Part shown: piece by piece, positions 10,070 through 22,964 of the stretch
Layout of the letters: each line of letters starts with the position of its first letter
How positions within the stretch are numbered: the stretch's first letter is position 1
Assembly (NCBI RefSeq): GCF_963921235.1
Contig: NC_086097.1
Span: 205,408,001 to 205,472,000, forward strand
Reading direction: 5' to 3'
DNA: 64,000 nucleotides
DNA from: Mobula hypostoma
Taxonomy: Eukaryota
The notes under the pieces: generated by a model
The model's input: only the letters and a program-made list of their open reading frames with translations
The model's database searches: none
Told to the model about the DNA's origin: nothing
Made by a program: the position numbers and the translations under genes

Positions 10070-11380
10070 AGCACAGGTGCACCACAAGACTGTGTGCTTT
10101 GCCTCAATGTTCAACCCCCTTTATACTTATGACTGTGAGGCTCGCAAGGCGGAAGGTCCCGATGGAATACCTGGTAAGGCTCTGAAAACCTGTGCCAACC
10201 AACTAGGAGGAGTATTCAAGGACATTTTCAACCTCTCACTGCTACGGGCAGAAGTTCCCATTTGCTTCAAAAAGGGAACAGTTATACCAGTACCAAAGAA
10301 AAATAATGTGGGCTGCCTTAATGACTTCCTCCTGGTAGCACTCACATAAACAGTGATGAAATGCTTTGAGAGGCTGGTCATGACTAGACTGAACTCCTGC
10401 CTCAGCAAGGACCTGGACCCATTGCAATTTGCCTATCGCCACAATAGGTCAATGGCAAACACAATCTCAATGGCTGTCCACATGGATTTAGATCACCTAG
10501 ACAACACAAACACCTACATCAGGATGCTGTTCATCGACTATAGCTCAGCATTTAATACCATCATTCCCACAATCCTGATTGAGAAGTTGCAGAATCTGGG
10601 CCTCTGTACCTCCCTCTGCAATTGTATCCTCGACTTCTTAACCGGAAGACCACAGTCTGTGCGGATAGGTGATAACATACCCTCCTCGCTGACGATCAAC
10701 ACTGGCACACCTCAGGGGCGTGTGCTTAGCCCACTGCTCTACTTTCTGTATACACATGACTGTGTGGCTAGGCATATCTCAAGTACCATCTACAAATTTT
10801 CTGACGATACAACCATTGTTGGTAGAATCTCAGATGATGACAAGAGGGTGTACAGGAGTGAGATATGCCAACTAGTGGAGTGGTGCCGCAGCAACAACCT
10901 GGCACTCAACGTCAGTAAAATGAAAGAGCTTATTGTGGACTTCAGGAACGGTAAGACGAAGGAACACATACCAATCCTCATAGAGGGATCAAAAGTGGAG
11001 AAAGTGAGCAGCTTTAAGTTCCTGGGTGTCAAGTTCTCTGAGGATCTAACCTGGTCCCAACATGTTGATGTAGTCATAAAGAAGGCAAGACAGCAGCTGT
11101 ACTTTATTAGGAGTTTGAAGAGATTTGGCATGTCAACAAATACACTCAAAAACCTCTATAGTTGCACTGTGGAGAGTATTCTGACAGGCTGCATCAGTGT
11201 CTGGTATCGGGGGCACTACTGCACAGGACCGAAAGAAGCTGCAGAAGGTTGTAAATCTAGTCAGCTCCATCTTGAGCACTAGCCTACAAAGTACCGAGGA
11301 CATCTTTAGGGAGTGGTGTCTCAGAAAGACAGTGTCCATTATTAAGGACCTCCAGCACCCAGGGCATGTCCTTTTCCTCT
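10070..11380 (+). mobile_element. Rex1/Babar LINE RT fragment
   Basis: [69 protein letters not shown]. Confidence 0.92.
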
Positions 11381-11404
11381 TGTACAAAATTCATACATTT
11401 TATT

Positions 11405-11700
11405 TTATATTTATTTATTTAGCGATACAGCATGGAGGAGGCCCTTCTGGCTCTTTGAGACAACCTGCCCCTGCAACCCCTGACAAACCCGATTAATCCT
11501 AACTTAATCGCAGGACAATTTACAATGACAAATTAATCTTCCCAGTACACCTTTGGACTGTGGGAGGAATCCTGAGCACCCAGAGGCAATCCATACATTC
11601 CATGGTGATGACATACAGATGGTGGCAGATTTGTACTCCAAACTCTGGAATATTCCAAGCTGTAATAGTGTCCCATTAATCACAGCGCTACCGTGGTGTT
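11405..11700 (-). mobile_element. V-SINE
   Basis: Reverse complement of the V-domain core (...ctctgggtgctcaggattcctcccacagtccaaag). Confidence 0.75.
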
Positions 11701-11959
11701 CATTAAATATCAAGGCTTCTTCCTGCTGGTGGGACAGTATAACCCATCAGTGTCATAAACCTGTGAAGCTACATTTTCCACTCTTTTCAATAACATCAAA
11801 AAGTAGTAAGCAAAAGTAGTCTCATTGCTGAAATGGTTGATACAATTATTTTTATGAAGCAGTTGTTCCAAAATTGATCTCTGAACATCTGTACCACCAT
11901 TTGCACCTACTTATTTTTACATTGTCACAAATAGTATGCTTCATGAGCATATAAGCATA

Positions 11960-12123
11960 GAGTGGCACAGTAGCATAGTTAGCACAATGGTTTGCAAGAC
12001 CAATGACCCAGGTTCAATTCACGCCTCTGCCTGTAAGGAATTTGTTAATTCTATGACTGTGTGGGTTTCCTCTGGGTGCTTGGGTATCCTCCCACAGTCC
12101 AAAGGAAAACCGGCTGGTAAGTT
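11960..12123 (+). mobile_element. V-SINE, 3'-truncated by a CR1 insertion
   Basis: tRNA-like head with B-box ggttcaattc, then V-core gtgggtttcctctgggtgct...ctcccacagtccaaag. Confidence 0.75.
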
Positions 12124-14700
12124 ACATAGAAACATAGAAAGCCTACAGCACGATACAGGCCCTTCGGCCCACAAAGTTGAGTTGAACATGTCCCTACTTT
12201 AGAAATTACTAGAGTTACCCATAGCCCTCTATTTTTCTAAACTCTGTGTACCTATCCAAAAGTCTCTTAAAAGACTCTATCGTATCCACCTCCACCACTG
12301 TTGCCGGCAGCCCATTCCATGCACTCACTACTTTCTGAGTAAAAAACTTACTCCTGTCATCTCCTCTGTACTTACACCCAGGCACCTTAAACCTGTGCCC
12401 TCTTGTGGCAGGCATTTCAGCCCTGGGAAAAAGCCCCTGACTATCCACAAGATCAATGCCTCTCATCATCTTATACACCTCTATCAGGTCAGCTCTCATC
12501 CTCCATCGCTCCCAAGGAGAAAAGGCCGAGTTCACTCAACCTGTTTTAATAAGGCATGTTCCCCAATCCGGGCAACATCCTTGTAAATCTCCTCTGCACC
12601 CTTTCTATGGTTTCCACATTCTTCCTGTAGTGAGGCGACCAGAACTGAGCACAGTACTCCAAGTGGGGTCTGACCAGGGTCCGAAATAGCTGCAACATTA
12701 CCTCTCGGCTCCTAAACTCAATCGCACAGTTGATGAAGGCTAATACACTGTATACCTTCTTAAACACAGAGTCAACCTGCGCAGCTGCTTTGAGCGTCCG
12801 ATGGACTTGGACCCCAAGATTCCTCTGATCCTCCACACTGCCAAGGGTCTTACCATTAATACTATATTCTGCATTCAAATTGACCTACCAAAATGAACCA
12901 CTTCACACTTATTTGGGTTGAGCTCCATCTGCCACTTCTCAGCCCAGATTAGCATCCTATCAATGTCCCGCTGTAACTTCTGACAGCCCTCCATACTATT
13001 CACAACACCCCCAACCTTTGTGTCATCAGCAAACTTACTAACCCATGTCTCCACTTCCTCATCCAAGTCATTTATAAAAATCACGAAGAGTAAGGGTCCC
13101 AGAACAGGTCCCTGAGGTACACCACTGGTCACCAACCTCTATGCAGAATATGACCCATCTGCAACCACTCTTTGCCTTCTGTGAGCAAGCCAGTTCTGGA
13201 TCCACAAAGCAATGTCCCCTTGGATCCCATGCCTCCTTACTTTCTCAATAAGCCTCGCATGGGGTACTTATCAAATGCCTTGCTAAAATACATATACACT
13301 ACATCAATGTGTTTAGTCACATCCTCAAAAAATTCAATCAGGCTCGTAAGCCACGACCTACCCTTGACAAAGCCATGGTAGCTATTTCTAATTATATTAT
13401 GCCTCTCCAAATGTTCATAAATCCTGCCTCTCAGGATCTTCTCCATCAATTTACCAACCACTGACGTAAGACTCACTGGTCTATAATTTCCTGGACTATC
13501 TCTACTCCCTTTCTTGAATAAGGAAACAACATCCACAACCCTCCAATCTTCCAAAACCTCTCCCGTCCCCATTGATAATGCAAAGATCATCGCCAGAGGC
13601 TCAGCAATCTTCTGCCTTGCCTCCCACAGTGGCCTAAGCTACATCTCATCTGGTCCCGGTGACTTATCCAACTTGATGCTTTCCAAAAGCTCCAGCATGT
13701 CCTCTTTCTTAATATCTACATGCTCAAGCTTTTCAGTCTGCTGCAAGTCATCACTACAATCACCAAGATCCTTTTCCATAGTGAATACTGAAGTAAAGTA
13801 TTCATTATGTACCTCTGCTGTTTCCTCCAGTTCCATACACACTTTCCCACTGTCACACTTGTTAGGTCCTATTCTTTCACATCTTATCCTTTTGCTCTTC
13901 ACATACATATAGAATGTCTTGGGGTTTTCCTTAATCCTGCCCACCAAGGCCTTCTCATGGCCCCTTCTGGCTCATCTAATTTCCTTCTTAAGCTCCTTCC
14001 TGTTAGCCTTATAATCTTCTAGATCTCAAACATTACCTAGCTCCCTGAGCCTTTAGTAAGCTTTTCTTCTTGACTAGAGTCACTGCAGCCTTTGTATACC
14101 ACAGTTCCTGTACCCTACTGTAACTTCCCTGTCTCATTGGAACATACTTATGCAGAACTCCACACAAATATCCCCTGAACATTTGCTACACTTCTTCTGT
14201 ACCATTCCCTGAGAACATCTGTTCCCAATTTAAGCTTCCAAGTTCCTGCCTGACAGCTTCATAATTCCCCTTACTCCAGTTAAACACTTGTCTAACTTGC
14301 CTGTTCCTATCTCTCTCCAAAGATATTGTAAAGGAGATAGAATCATGATCTCTATCTCCAAAATGCTCTCCCACTGAGAGATCTGACACCTGACCAGGTT
14401 CAGTTCCAAATACCAAATCAAGTACAGTCTCTCCTCTTGTAGGCTTATCTACATATTGAGTCAAGAAAACTTCCTGAACACACCAAACAAACTCCACCCC
14501 ATCTAAACCCTGTGCTCCAGTGAGATGCCAACCAATATTTGGGAAATTAAAATCTCCAACCACAACAATTCTGTTATTATTACACCTTTGCAGGATATTT
14601 TTCCCTATTTGCTCCTCAATATCCCTGTTACTATTGGGCGGCCTATAAAAAACACCCAGTAGAGTTATTGACCCCTTCCTGTCCCTAACCTCCACCTACA
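12124..14700 (-). mobile_element. CR1 LINE ORF2 (APE endonuclease and RT) to 3' tail, frameshifted
   Basis: GVFYRPP..VVGDFNFP, KSPGPDEM, NYRPVSLTSVVGK, GVPQGPVLGPLLF..KFADDTK, LVRPHLEYCAQFWSP, and ctatgtttctatgt tail. Confidence 0.95.
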
Positions 14701-15004
14701 GAGAACAAGAACATGAAGAAGCCAATCAAGCATTAGGTGCTACATTTTGCTTCAAACTTTTTGTAGTGGTAATCTGAAATGTACAACACACATCTCAGTT
14801 CCATATGTATGCATTTTCATCATTCTTTGGCCTTCTAAACAGATAACCCAGGTCACATCTACAGAATATTGTGAATAAAGACTGTGTTCACTTGCCTGGA
14901 GATAAAGTAGCTAGGACCCAGAATGGCTTCACTTCCTCTTTAACTCGATTCAGGTATGCTTGTTACATAGAAAGCAGAAATTTACAGCACTTTACAGACC
15001 CTTT

Positions 15005-15221
15005 GGCCAGCTGGTGGCGTAGTGGCATCAGCACCGGACTTCGGAGTGAAGGCTCCGGAGTTCGAATCCAGCCGGCTCCCTTGCAAATTTCCATCTGTGC
15101 TGGATTGAGCGTCAAGCTAGCAACTCGGCCTCATAAAAATAAGAAAGCCTGCTAAAGAAATACCGTCATAATGGTGTCCCGATGACTCCACTTGGAGTTA
15201 AGGGCTTTCTTCTTCTTCTTC
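15005..15221 (+). mobile_element. tRNA-Arg(TCG)-derived SINE with (TTC)n tail
   Basis: A-box TGGCGTAGTGG (15015-15025), anticodon loop CTTCGGA, B-box GGAGTTCGAATCC (15057-15069), cttcttcttctt tail. Imperfect TSD of about 11 bp (14994-15004 and 15222-15232) inside a CR1 tail. Confidence 0.8.
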
Positions 15222-16469
15222 ACAGGCCCCTTGGCCAACCATGTTGTGCCGACCATGTAATCCGCTCTAGAAACTGCCAAGAATTTCCCTAGCGCATAGC
15301 CTTCTATTTTTCTAAGCTCCATGTACAACAGTTACTCTTGACCTTGGCCATAGATAATATGTCAAAATATCCAAAGCTGTCTGGAATGTCTAATCCAAGG
15401 TAATTACTGGTTTGCTGTTTGGCAGACAGATAAAAATAGTTTGAAGCAATGTACATGAGCCCACGGATACATTTTCCTGTATAAGAAATTTAAAGTGAAC
15501 AAATAGAGATAGAGATAGAGGGAGAAAATTTAATTTCTAAAGAATACTTGTCCATAACTTGCACTAAAGCCTTTGAATTGGTTACATGCTGTAGCATATA
15601 CATATGCATTGGCTTAAGAACAGGTAATTGATCTCAAAAAAGGTTTTTATTTGCCGTCAATCAGAAGCCAGTTTAATTAACTGGTGCAATTGGAATATTT
15701 GTGACTGTGGGATGATCTGTGCAGATATCACTGCCAGAAAGGCATGGTGGTATGAAAGGGAGCTGCAAGTGTCTTTCTCTGCCAGGTTCCCACTGAACCT
15801 TTTTCAGTGTCAATCAATTTTGTGCAAAGCCAGCAACAGCTGGAAAATCATTGAATAACATTTCTAAAAGATTGATAGAATTCTAAGAGCTCCAAGCTTT
15901 TTGTTATCACCAATCTAAATTAATGTCCCTTTTTAAAAAAATCACAATGGATTGATTTTACGATTCTACTACATGGTTGGATCGATTTTATAATTTGGTG
16001 CAGACCATCATTTCACACATACAGAACAAACTGGGCTCTTAATTAAGGAAGATAATTTGATTAAACCAACATCTTTGCGATGACAAGGTGGAATTTCATA
16101 CAGATAAAGCAGCCAGTATAAAGCTTTAAGGTGCAAATTAACCTGAAATCGCTTCAGTATGTCACAAAAAAATTCCCACCCTCAACATTCTGATATCTAT
16201 ATTTTTAATCAGATATAACTGGCTTTACATTTACAATTAACTGGAATGAGGGGATAACTTTTCTCTGCACTAATTCAGGGCACCAACCTTTGAAGGAATG
16301 ATAAAAAAAAAATCACTAGCTAGTAGAAAAAAGTGTTTTCAATGGTCAACAAGCTGAAACAAAGAGAGCCTGAAAGTCTAATGTTTAGAAATTGGACTGC
16401 AATTATAAAATCATGTTAAGCAATTGCTTCAAGTTTGGTGTAATTTTTTTCATACAGTTTGGCATTTAA

Positions 16470-17776
16470 CATCATCATGCACTTGACAGAGTCGTTGTGG
16501 AGAACTTACTGGGGGAGCAGGGTATGACCCAATGTCATTGACACCCAAGAGCCAGCAGTTCTTGTGGTCGACTAGCAGTCCTTGGGCACACAGGAAATCT
16601 GCACCATGCAGTTGTCTAGCCACTGTCCCTAGGATGAAGTCCCCTATAATATTACCCACCGAAGCAGAGTGTCACCCATCGTGGTGGCCTCCAGGGAGCT
16701 TTTGTTGCTCTTTGCCTTCTCATCGATAGGCGATGTTGGCAGCACACTCACTTGAGCGCCCATGTCTCACAAGAAGTGTCTTCCTGAAAGGGTTTTCGTA
16801 ATGCACAGTAGATGACCCTGGCAACTGGAACCTACTGTTTTCACAGACCTCTGAAGACCCATTGCTCTGGCATTGCTGAAGCTGCTAGGCAGTCAGCACT
16901 TCCTAGTGTTTGTAGCAAAGCAAGCATGGTAAAAACATAGGCCCAGCATCATCTGTTTCACAGGCATGTGTGCTTATGTTGGGGGCCTTGCTGACTGAAT
17001 TCATTGAGGCAGAGAAAGGAGGAGAAATGATGCAACGCTGCTGAGCTGAGTGTAGACTATCGGCCATTTTAGCAAGCTCCCTCTAGTCCTTCATGGGTGC
17101 ATTAGCGAGGGCTATGTGAATTTGATCAGGCATTTGCTGCATGAAAAGTTCTTTAAAAATAAAACAAGGATGGTGATTTCCCAGGCGAGACCGTGTGGTC
17201 CATTACCTCCGATGACTTAGTATCAGTGAGGCTCAGGAAGGAGAGCAACTGTTTTCTACGGTCAGACTCCAATCATCCAAAAATCTGTTAAAGGCCAGTT
17301 TTCAGCCATTGGTATTTATAGTGTTCAGGTGGGTTTTCTAGTAGACTCAACATTCTCGCAGAAGTAGAGTTGCTGGCCTTCACAATCACATAGAGATATC
17401 TGGTGTTGCTGGTGAAGATTGTTTGCAGTGCAAATCAGGCCGCAGCTTGTGCAAACCAAGCAACAACAGCATTTTGCTCGCAAAGGTCTAGCAGTTTCAA
17501 AGTGACTGCACTGGCTGACATGTTCAATAACTCCGGAATTGTCCTCGAGCATTGGGATTACCAATGTAGGTTTTCACAAATAAAACAATGTGAGGCATTT
17601 TGTGTTTAAGAAAAATTTTAAAACTTCTTTATTTTACTCTGTATTTTACTCCAAACACAGATGACAAAAAGCACAGATAATACGTCATCACATCAGACCA
17701 GCCTCTTAAAGTGAACCCCAATTCAATGATGATGGGTGTAAATTATGTACATTTGCACCATTTGCATTACCTTACA
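16470..17776 (-). mobile_element. Gypsy LTR retrotransposon 5' part (LTR, PBS, gag, protease), degraded
   Basis: LTR TGTAAG...AATAAA...CCTACA at about 17565-17776, followed by TGGTAATCCC (PBS-like). gag start AVTLKLL..WFAQ, a CFYH..KC knuckle, protease-like SGRHFL.DMGAQVSVLP and GADFL..GLLVD. Confidence 0.8.
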
Positions 17777-17839
17777 CCACTTACTGATTAAGGAATGTTT
17801 TTCCAGAACACATTTGACAAACTATATCCCACATAGTCA

Positions 17840-19045
17840 TTTTACAGTATGGGAGTCCCAGTCAATAAGTGGAAAGTTAACCACCTACTATAATAACATT
17901 ATACTTCTTGGAACATTTTGCAATCTCTGTACAAATTTGTTTCTCTATATCCCTTGGACTATTCGGTGGTCTGTAATATAGCCCCATTAACATGATCATA
18001 TAGAAACATAGACATAGAAAATAGGTGCAGGAGTAGGCCATTCGGCCCTTCGAGCCTGCACCGCCATTTATTATGATCATGGCTGATCATCCAACTCAGA
18101 ACCCAGCCTTTCCTCCATACCCCCTGACCCCTGTAGCCACAAGGGCCATATCTAACTTCCTTTTAAACATAGCTAATGAACTGGCCTCAACAGTTTGCTG
18201 TGGCAGAGAATTCCACAGATATATTTCTTATTTTTACTTCCACCCATAATGCCTCATTAAATGAGTTCTCCAGTCTGTCCTAATGGAGCACTGCCATGAC
18301 ACTTTCCCTGACTAGTAATGCTGCCCCTCCTCCTTTAATCCTTTCTGCTCTGTCCCATCTAAAACAACGGAACCCAGGAATATTGAGCTGCCAGTCCTGC
18401 CTCTCCTGCAACCAAATGTAACTAATTTCTATGATATCATAATTCCATGTGTTGATCCATGCCATGAACTCACCCATCTTACCTACATTATTTCTTAAAT
18501 TGAAATATACACAGTTCAGGACACTAGTCGCACCATGTTCAACCTTTTGATTCCTGACTTTATCTGAGTTCTTATCAACATGTCTCTGTAACCTCTCCAC
18601 TAACTCCTCTGGCACTCTTGTTCCCATCCCCCTGCAACTCTAGTTTCAATCCCAATGTGCAGCATTAGCAAACCTTCCTGCTAGGCTTCATCTAGTTCAG
18701 GTGCAAACCAACTCTTCTGTACAGGCCCCACCTTCCCTAGAAGAGAGCCTAAAGATCCAAATATCTTATGCTCTGACTCCAACACCAACTCTTTAACTGC
18801 GTGTTAAACAGTATAATCTACTTATCTCCGACCTGATTAGCATGTGGCCTGGGTAGCAGTCCTGAAATCATAACCCTGGAGGTCTTGACCTTTAACTTTC
18901 TCCTCACTCCCCAAACTCCCTTTGCAGAAACTCATCACTCATCCTACCTATGTCATTGGTACCGACATGGACCATGGCCTCTGGTTGCTCACCCGGTTGA
19001 GAATACTGAGGACTTGATCTGAATGGCCCAGACCCTGGCACTCCA
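17840..19045 (-). mobile_element. CR1 ORF1-end and endonuclease fragment with a nested CR1 3' tail (about 17997-18220)
   Basis: LNCVYFNLR...WNYDII...QDWQLNIPGFRCFR.DR...GGG and GLYYRPPNS. Nested tail catagaaacatagacatagaaaataggtgcagg. Confidence 0.8.
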
Positions 19046-19069
19046 ATTATAGGAAAGAGGTCATGAATA

Positions 19070-20590
19070 AAGACAACTCTTGTGGCATATACTCTGAAGA
19101 CATGGCTGCCCTACCAAGTACTTACAAATACTGAGGTTTCTGCAATATGACATATCAGCCTCAGTATGCAGCAATAGTGGCTGAGTAAGAACCCTTCACT
19201 GCCAAGACAGGAGTCAAACAAAGCTGTATCATTGCACTCACCCTATTTGAAATTTTAATTGCTGCCATCCTTCACTCCATTGGCCAAGACCTGCCACAGA
19301 GAATCACAATCATGTAAAGAATGGACCACAGACTTTTGAACCTCAACAAGTTTAGAAGAAGGTCAGCATCACCACTATCATGGAGCTTCAATCTGCAGCT
19401 GACAATGTGAGCGCAGCATAGTCAGAAGAAGACCTCTAAAGCATCCTGTGTGCCTTTGCCAGGACATACAGGGCCTGGGTTTTGTTTTAAATATTCAGAA
19501 AGACACATTTCCTATATCAGCCACTGCCCAAACAGCCATTTATCCAGCGTTGTGTAAAGGGTAATGATATCACCCTTGAAAATATAGACCATTTTCCCAA
19601 CAATGGCAGCATTCTCTTCTCAAAAGCAGACATCAACTCAGATATCAACCTTCACCCAAGTAAGGCTTATGGAGCCCATACAAAATTACGCTTTGAAGGC
19701 AGTGACCTATAAGTCCGACCAAAACTTTGGTCTATAGAGCAATCGCCCTTCCCAAATTACTGTATAGAGCTGAATCATGGACCTGAAAGGGATGAGAAGG
19801 CGCTGGAACAAAACTATCAAGAAGTCTTACAAATGGTTGTGAGGATTAGATGGAAGGATAGAAGCCACACTAGGTACTGAAAGAGATCAAAATGAACAGC
19901 ATCTTCACCACAATAAAGCAACACTAGGTCTGATAGACAGGTCATGTCTTCCCATACCAACCCACAACTTTCCAAACAAATCCTTTACTACAGTTGAAAG
20001 AAGATCAGCAAGCCCCTGGGGGGGGGGGAGGGTAAAGGAAATGCTTCGAAGCTAACATCAAGATCAGCCTTAAGAATAAAAGGCAAGGATAACAGGTTTT
20101 GGTTTTTGAGAGAAATTAAGGCCCTGGTTATAGTCAGGAAGGAGCAAATGAGGGACTTGAGGAGTAGAAGAAATGCAAGAAAACACTTAAGGGGAACCTG
20201 ACTGGGAACTTCGTCACTCAGAGGCTGATGAGAGTGTGGAAGAGCTGCCAGCGGAAGTGGTGGATGTAGGTTCAGTTTGAACAGTTAAGAGAAATTTGCA
20301 TTGGTACGTGGATGGGAGGTGCTTGGAGGGCTCTGATCTTGGTGCAGGTTGACAGGACCAGACAGATTACTAGTTCAGCGTTCACCAATTGGGTTGAATG
20401 GCCTAGCTCTGTGCTGTAGTGTTCTATAGCTGTAAGAATTTCAAAATTGCATCTAAAAACTGGGAAGACATTGCACTCAATAGATGCAGCTGGAGGAAAA
20501 CTGTTTAAAAGGGAGCTGTGGTGCATGAAAGCAACCTCTTCAAACATGAATATAAACATAATGGACGTGAAGAATGAAGTTTTATGGCTA
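19070..20590 (+). mobile_element. RTE LINE RT and C-terminal fragment, heavily decayed, interrupted by CR1 pieces at about 20080-20430
   Basis: HGCPTKY, EPFTAKTGVKQSCII, YRAIALPKLLYRAESWT and QILY..L motifs typical of RTE. Confidence 0.7.
20190..20430 (+). mobile_element. CR1 3' end
   Basis: Decayed FVTQRL.RVW region and 3' UTR gaatggcctagctctgtgctgtagtgttctat. Confidence 0.7.
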
Positions 20591-21069
20591 CTTGCCTAAT
20601 GACTCAGTAGAAAAGAGGCTATGTCTTTACCTCTAACTCTCTGAGGAGATGGGGGTCTGAAGGCGAAGGTGTTCTAGGTAAATGGTGGCAGGAATGTGTG
20701 AACTTCTACAAGCTGATTGACAGCAACCCTTACTGTGCTAGAACAGCGCTGGTGTAAGAGATAACTGTCATGCCAAATTGCCAAGCCTTTAGATCTTCTC
20801 AGAGCAGCTGATTCATTGGCTTATTTCCCAGCTTGCATCACATCCTCAGAGGATTTATTAATGGTCTCCACTTCAAGAAAATGATCATTGCCACTGCTTC
20901 AAGAAAAAGGAGGCAATCAGATCGAACTGGCAGATAGATATGAGAGAGTGGTGGGCTTCCCAAATAGTTATGGCTGGATTGATTCCATTCCTTTAGCTCC
21001 TCTGAAGATCCTGATACCTACATGATTTCAAGGGCTTTCATACCTCAGGCTTCCAAATTCAGTTGATCT

Positions 21070-21365
21070 TGTAGTGTAGCTGTCAGCGTGATGCTATTAC
21101 AGCACAGGGTGTCAGAGTTCAGAGTTCAATTCGGATGTCATCTGTAAGGAACCTGTCCGTTCCTCTCCATGAAATGCGTGGGTTTTTTTCCAAGTGCTGC
21201 GGTTTCTCCCCCAGTCCAAAGACATACCGGTTAGTGAGTTAACTGGTGATTGTAAATTGTCCCATGATTAGGCTAGCGTCAAATCGGGGGTTGCCGGGCA
21301 GCACAGCTCAAAGTGTAAGAAGGGCCTAATCTGTGCTATATGTTAATAAACAATAAAATAAATAA
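21070..21365 (+). mobile_element. V-SINE
   Basis: B-box gagttcaattc and V-core gcgtgggtttt..gtgctgcggtttctccccagtccaaagac, then an A-rich tail. Confidence 0.75.
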
Positions 21366-21629
21366 AAGTATGTATGCACCCAGGGGGTTTCCAAACTTCT
21401 CTCATTCTGAGCTAGTCCGGGTCAACCAGCAAATTTTAACCATTTGGAACAGCAGGCTTGAGAAACAAGAGCAAACAATCATTCCTTTGTTTGGGCATTC
21501 TTTCAGTGCTCCAATTAATCTCTTCATAATAGCAGTCATCGGACCACACTGCTGGACCTTGCCATTGGCATCTTATGGTGAATTCCAGTATTTTCAATAT
21601 TCCAGGGGCACTATGCAATATAATGTTCT

Positions 21630-22715
21630 AAGTCAATTTATTAGTACATACATATCACCATATACAAGCCTGACATTAATTTTCTTGCAAGCATACTCAA
21701 TAAATCCAAAATAACATATTAACCATAATTCAATCGATGAAAGACTGCACCAATCTGAACGTTCAACCAGTATGCAAAAGCAGTAACCATACCAGGCTCT
21801 GATGCAGCCAGTCAATATTCTTCCCACCACATAGCTATAAAAGTTTGTCAAGGTTTTAGAAGCCATGCTGAATGTTCACAAATTCCTAAATAGAGGCACT
21901 GCCATGCTTTCTTCTTAATTGTACTTATATGTTGGGCCCAGGACAGGTCCTCCAAAATGATAACAGTGAGGAATTTAAAGTTGTTGACCCTCTCCATCTC
22001 TGATCCTCCTTTGAGGACTGGCTCAAGGATTTCTGGTTTCCACCTCTCGAGGTCAATAATCAGCTCGTTGGTCATGCTGACATTGAGTAAAAAGTAGTTG
22101 TTATGACACCACTCAGGCAGAATTTCAATCTCCCTGCTATATACTGATTCACCACCACTTTGATTCAGCCAACAACAGTGGTGTCTTCAGCAAACTTGAA
22201 TATGGCATTGAAGCTGTGCTTAGCCTCACAGTCAAAAGTGTAAAATGAGTGGAGCAGGATTGCTAAGCATACAGCCTTGTGGTGTACCTGTGCTGATGGA
22301 GATTGTGGAGGATATGTTGTTGCCAATCCAAACTGACTGGGATCTGCAATTGAGGAAATCGAGGATTTAATTGCAAAGGAGGTATTGAAACCGAGATCTT
22401 GAAGCTTATTGTTCAGTTTTGAGGAGGTGATAGTATTGAATGCCACACTGTGGTTGATAAAGAGCATCCTGACGTATGTATCTCCACTGTCCAGATGATC
22501 CAGGGTTGTGTGAAGAGCCAATGAGATGGCATTTCCTTTGGTCCTGTTATGCCAGTAGGTAAATCAGAGTGGATCCAGTGCTGGAGGAACTCAGCAGGCG
22601 AGCCATCATCAATGAAAAAGAGTATTTTCTGTGTGTTGCTTGGGTTTCCAGCATCTGCAGATTTTCTCTTGTTGGAGTAGATCCAAGTCGCTCCAATTTG
22701 CCTACAAGCAGTGGA
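21630..22715 (-). mobile_element. Rex1/Babar LINE RT fragment
   Basis: LHTTLDHLD..TYVRMLFI..S.AFNTI, KFAEDTTVVG, FKFL.V..EDLSW. Confidence 0.85.
22578..22674. mobile_element. 97-bp PLE-tail insertion with an internal inversion
   Basis: TSD gagt(g/a)gatcca at 22567-22577 and 22675-22685. Left half is antisense and right half sense PLE tail. Confidence 0.75.
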
Positions 22716-22964
22716 TAGTTCTTTATTATCAGGCTCCATAATCTCGTAGTCAGGAGGGGCTTGCCTTTGCCTGAAGCCTTTCAGCAGGTGGAAGAATAGT
22801 TGCAGAAGGTAGCCTGGGGGGTTGGGGTTGGGAAACAATGGAAGAAGGAGAAGGAACAGGCAGAGAATGAGAAGAAGGGGAACAGTAACAGGAGATTGGG
22901 TTGATAGAGGCGTATGTAAAGAAGCAAGCAGAGCAAGTGTCACTAAGAGGAGCTAGGTCATTGA

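Noticed and set aside
15005..15080. Functional tRNA-Arg gene
   Set aside because: Acceptor and anticodon stems do not pair well, and the sequence continues into a SINE body with tail and TSD.
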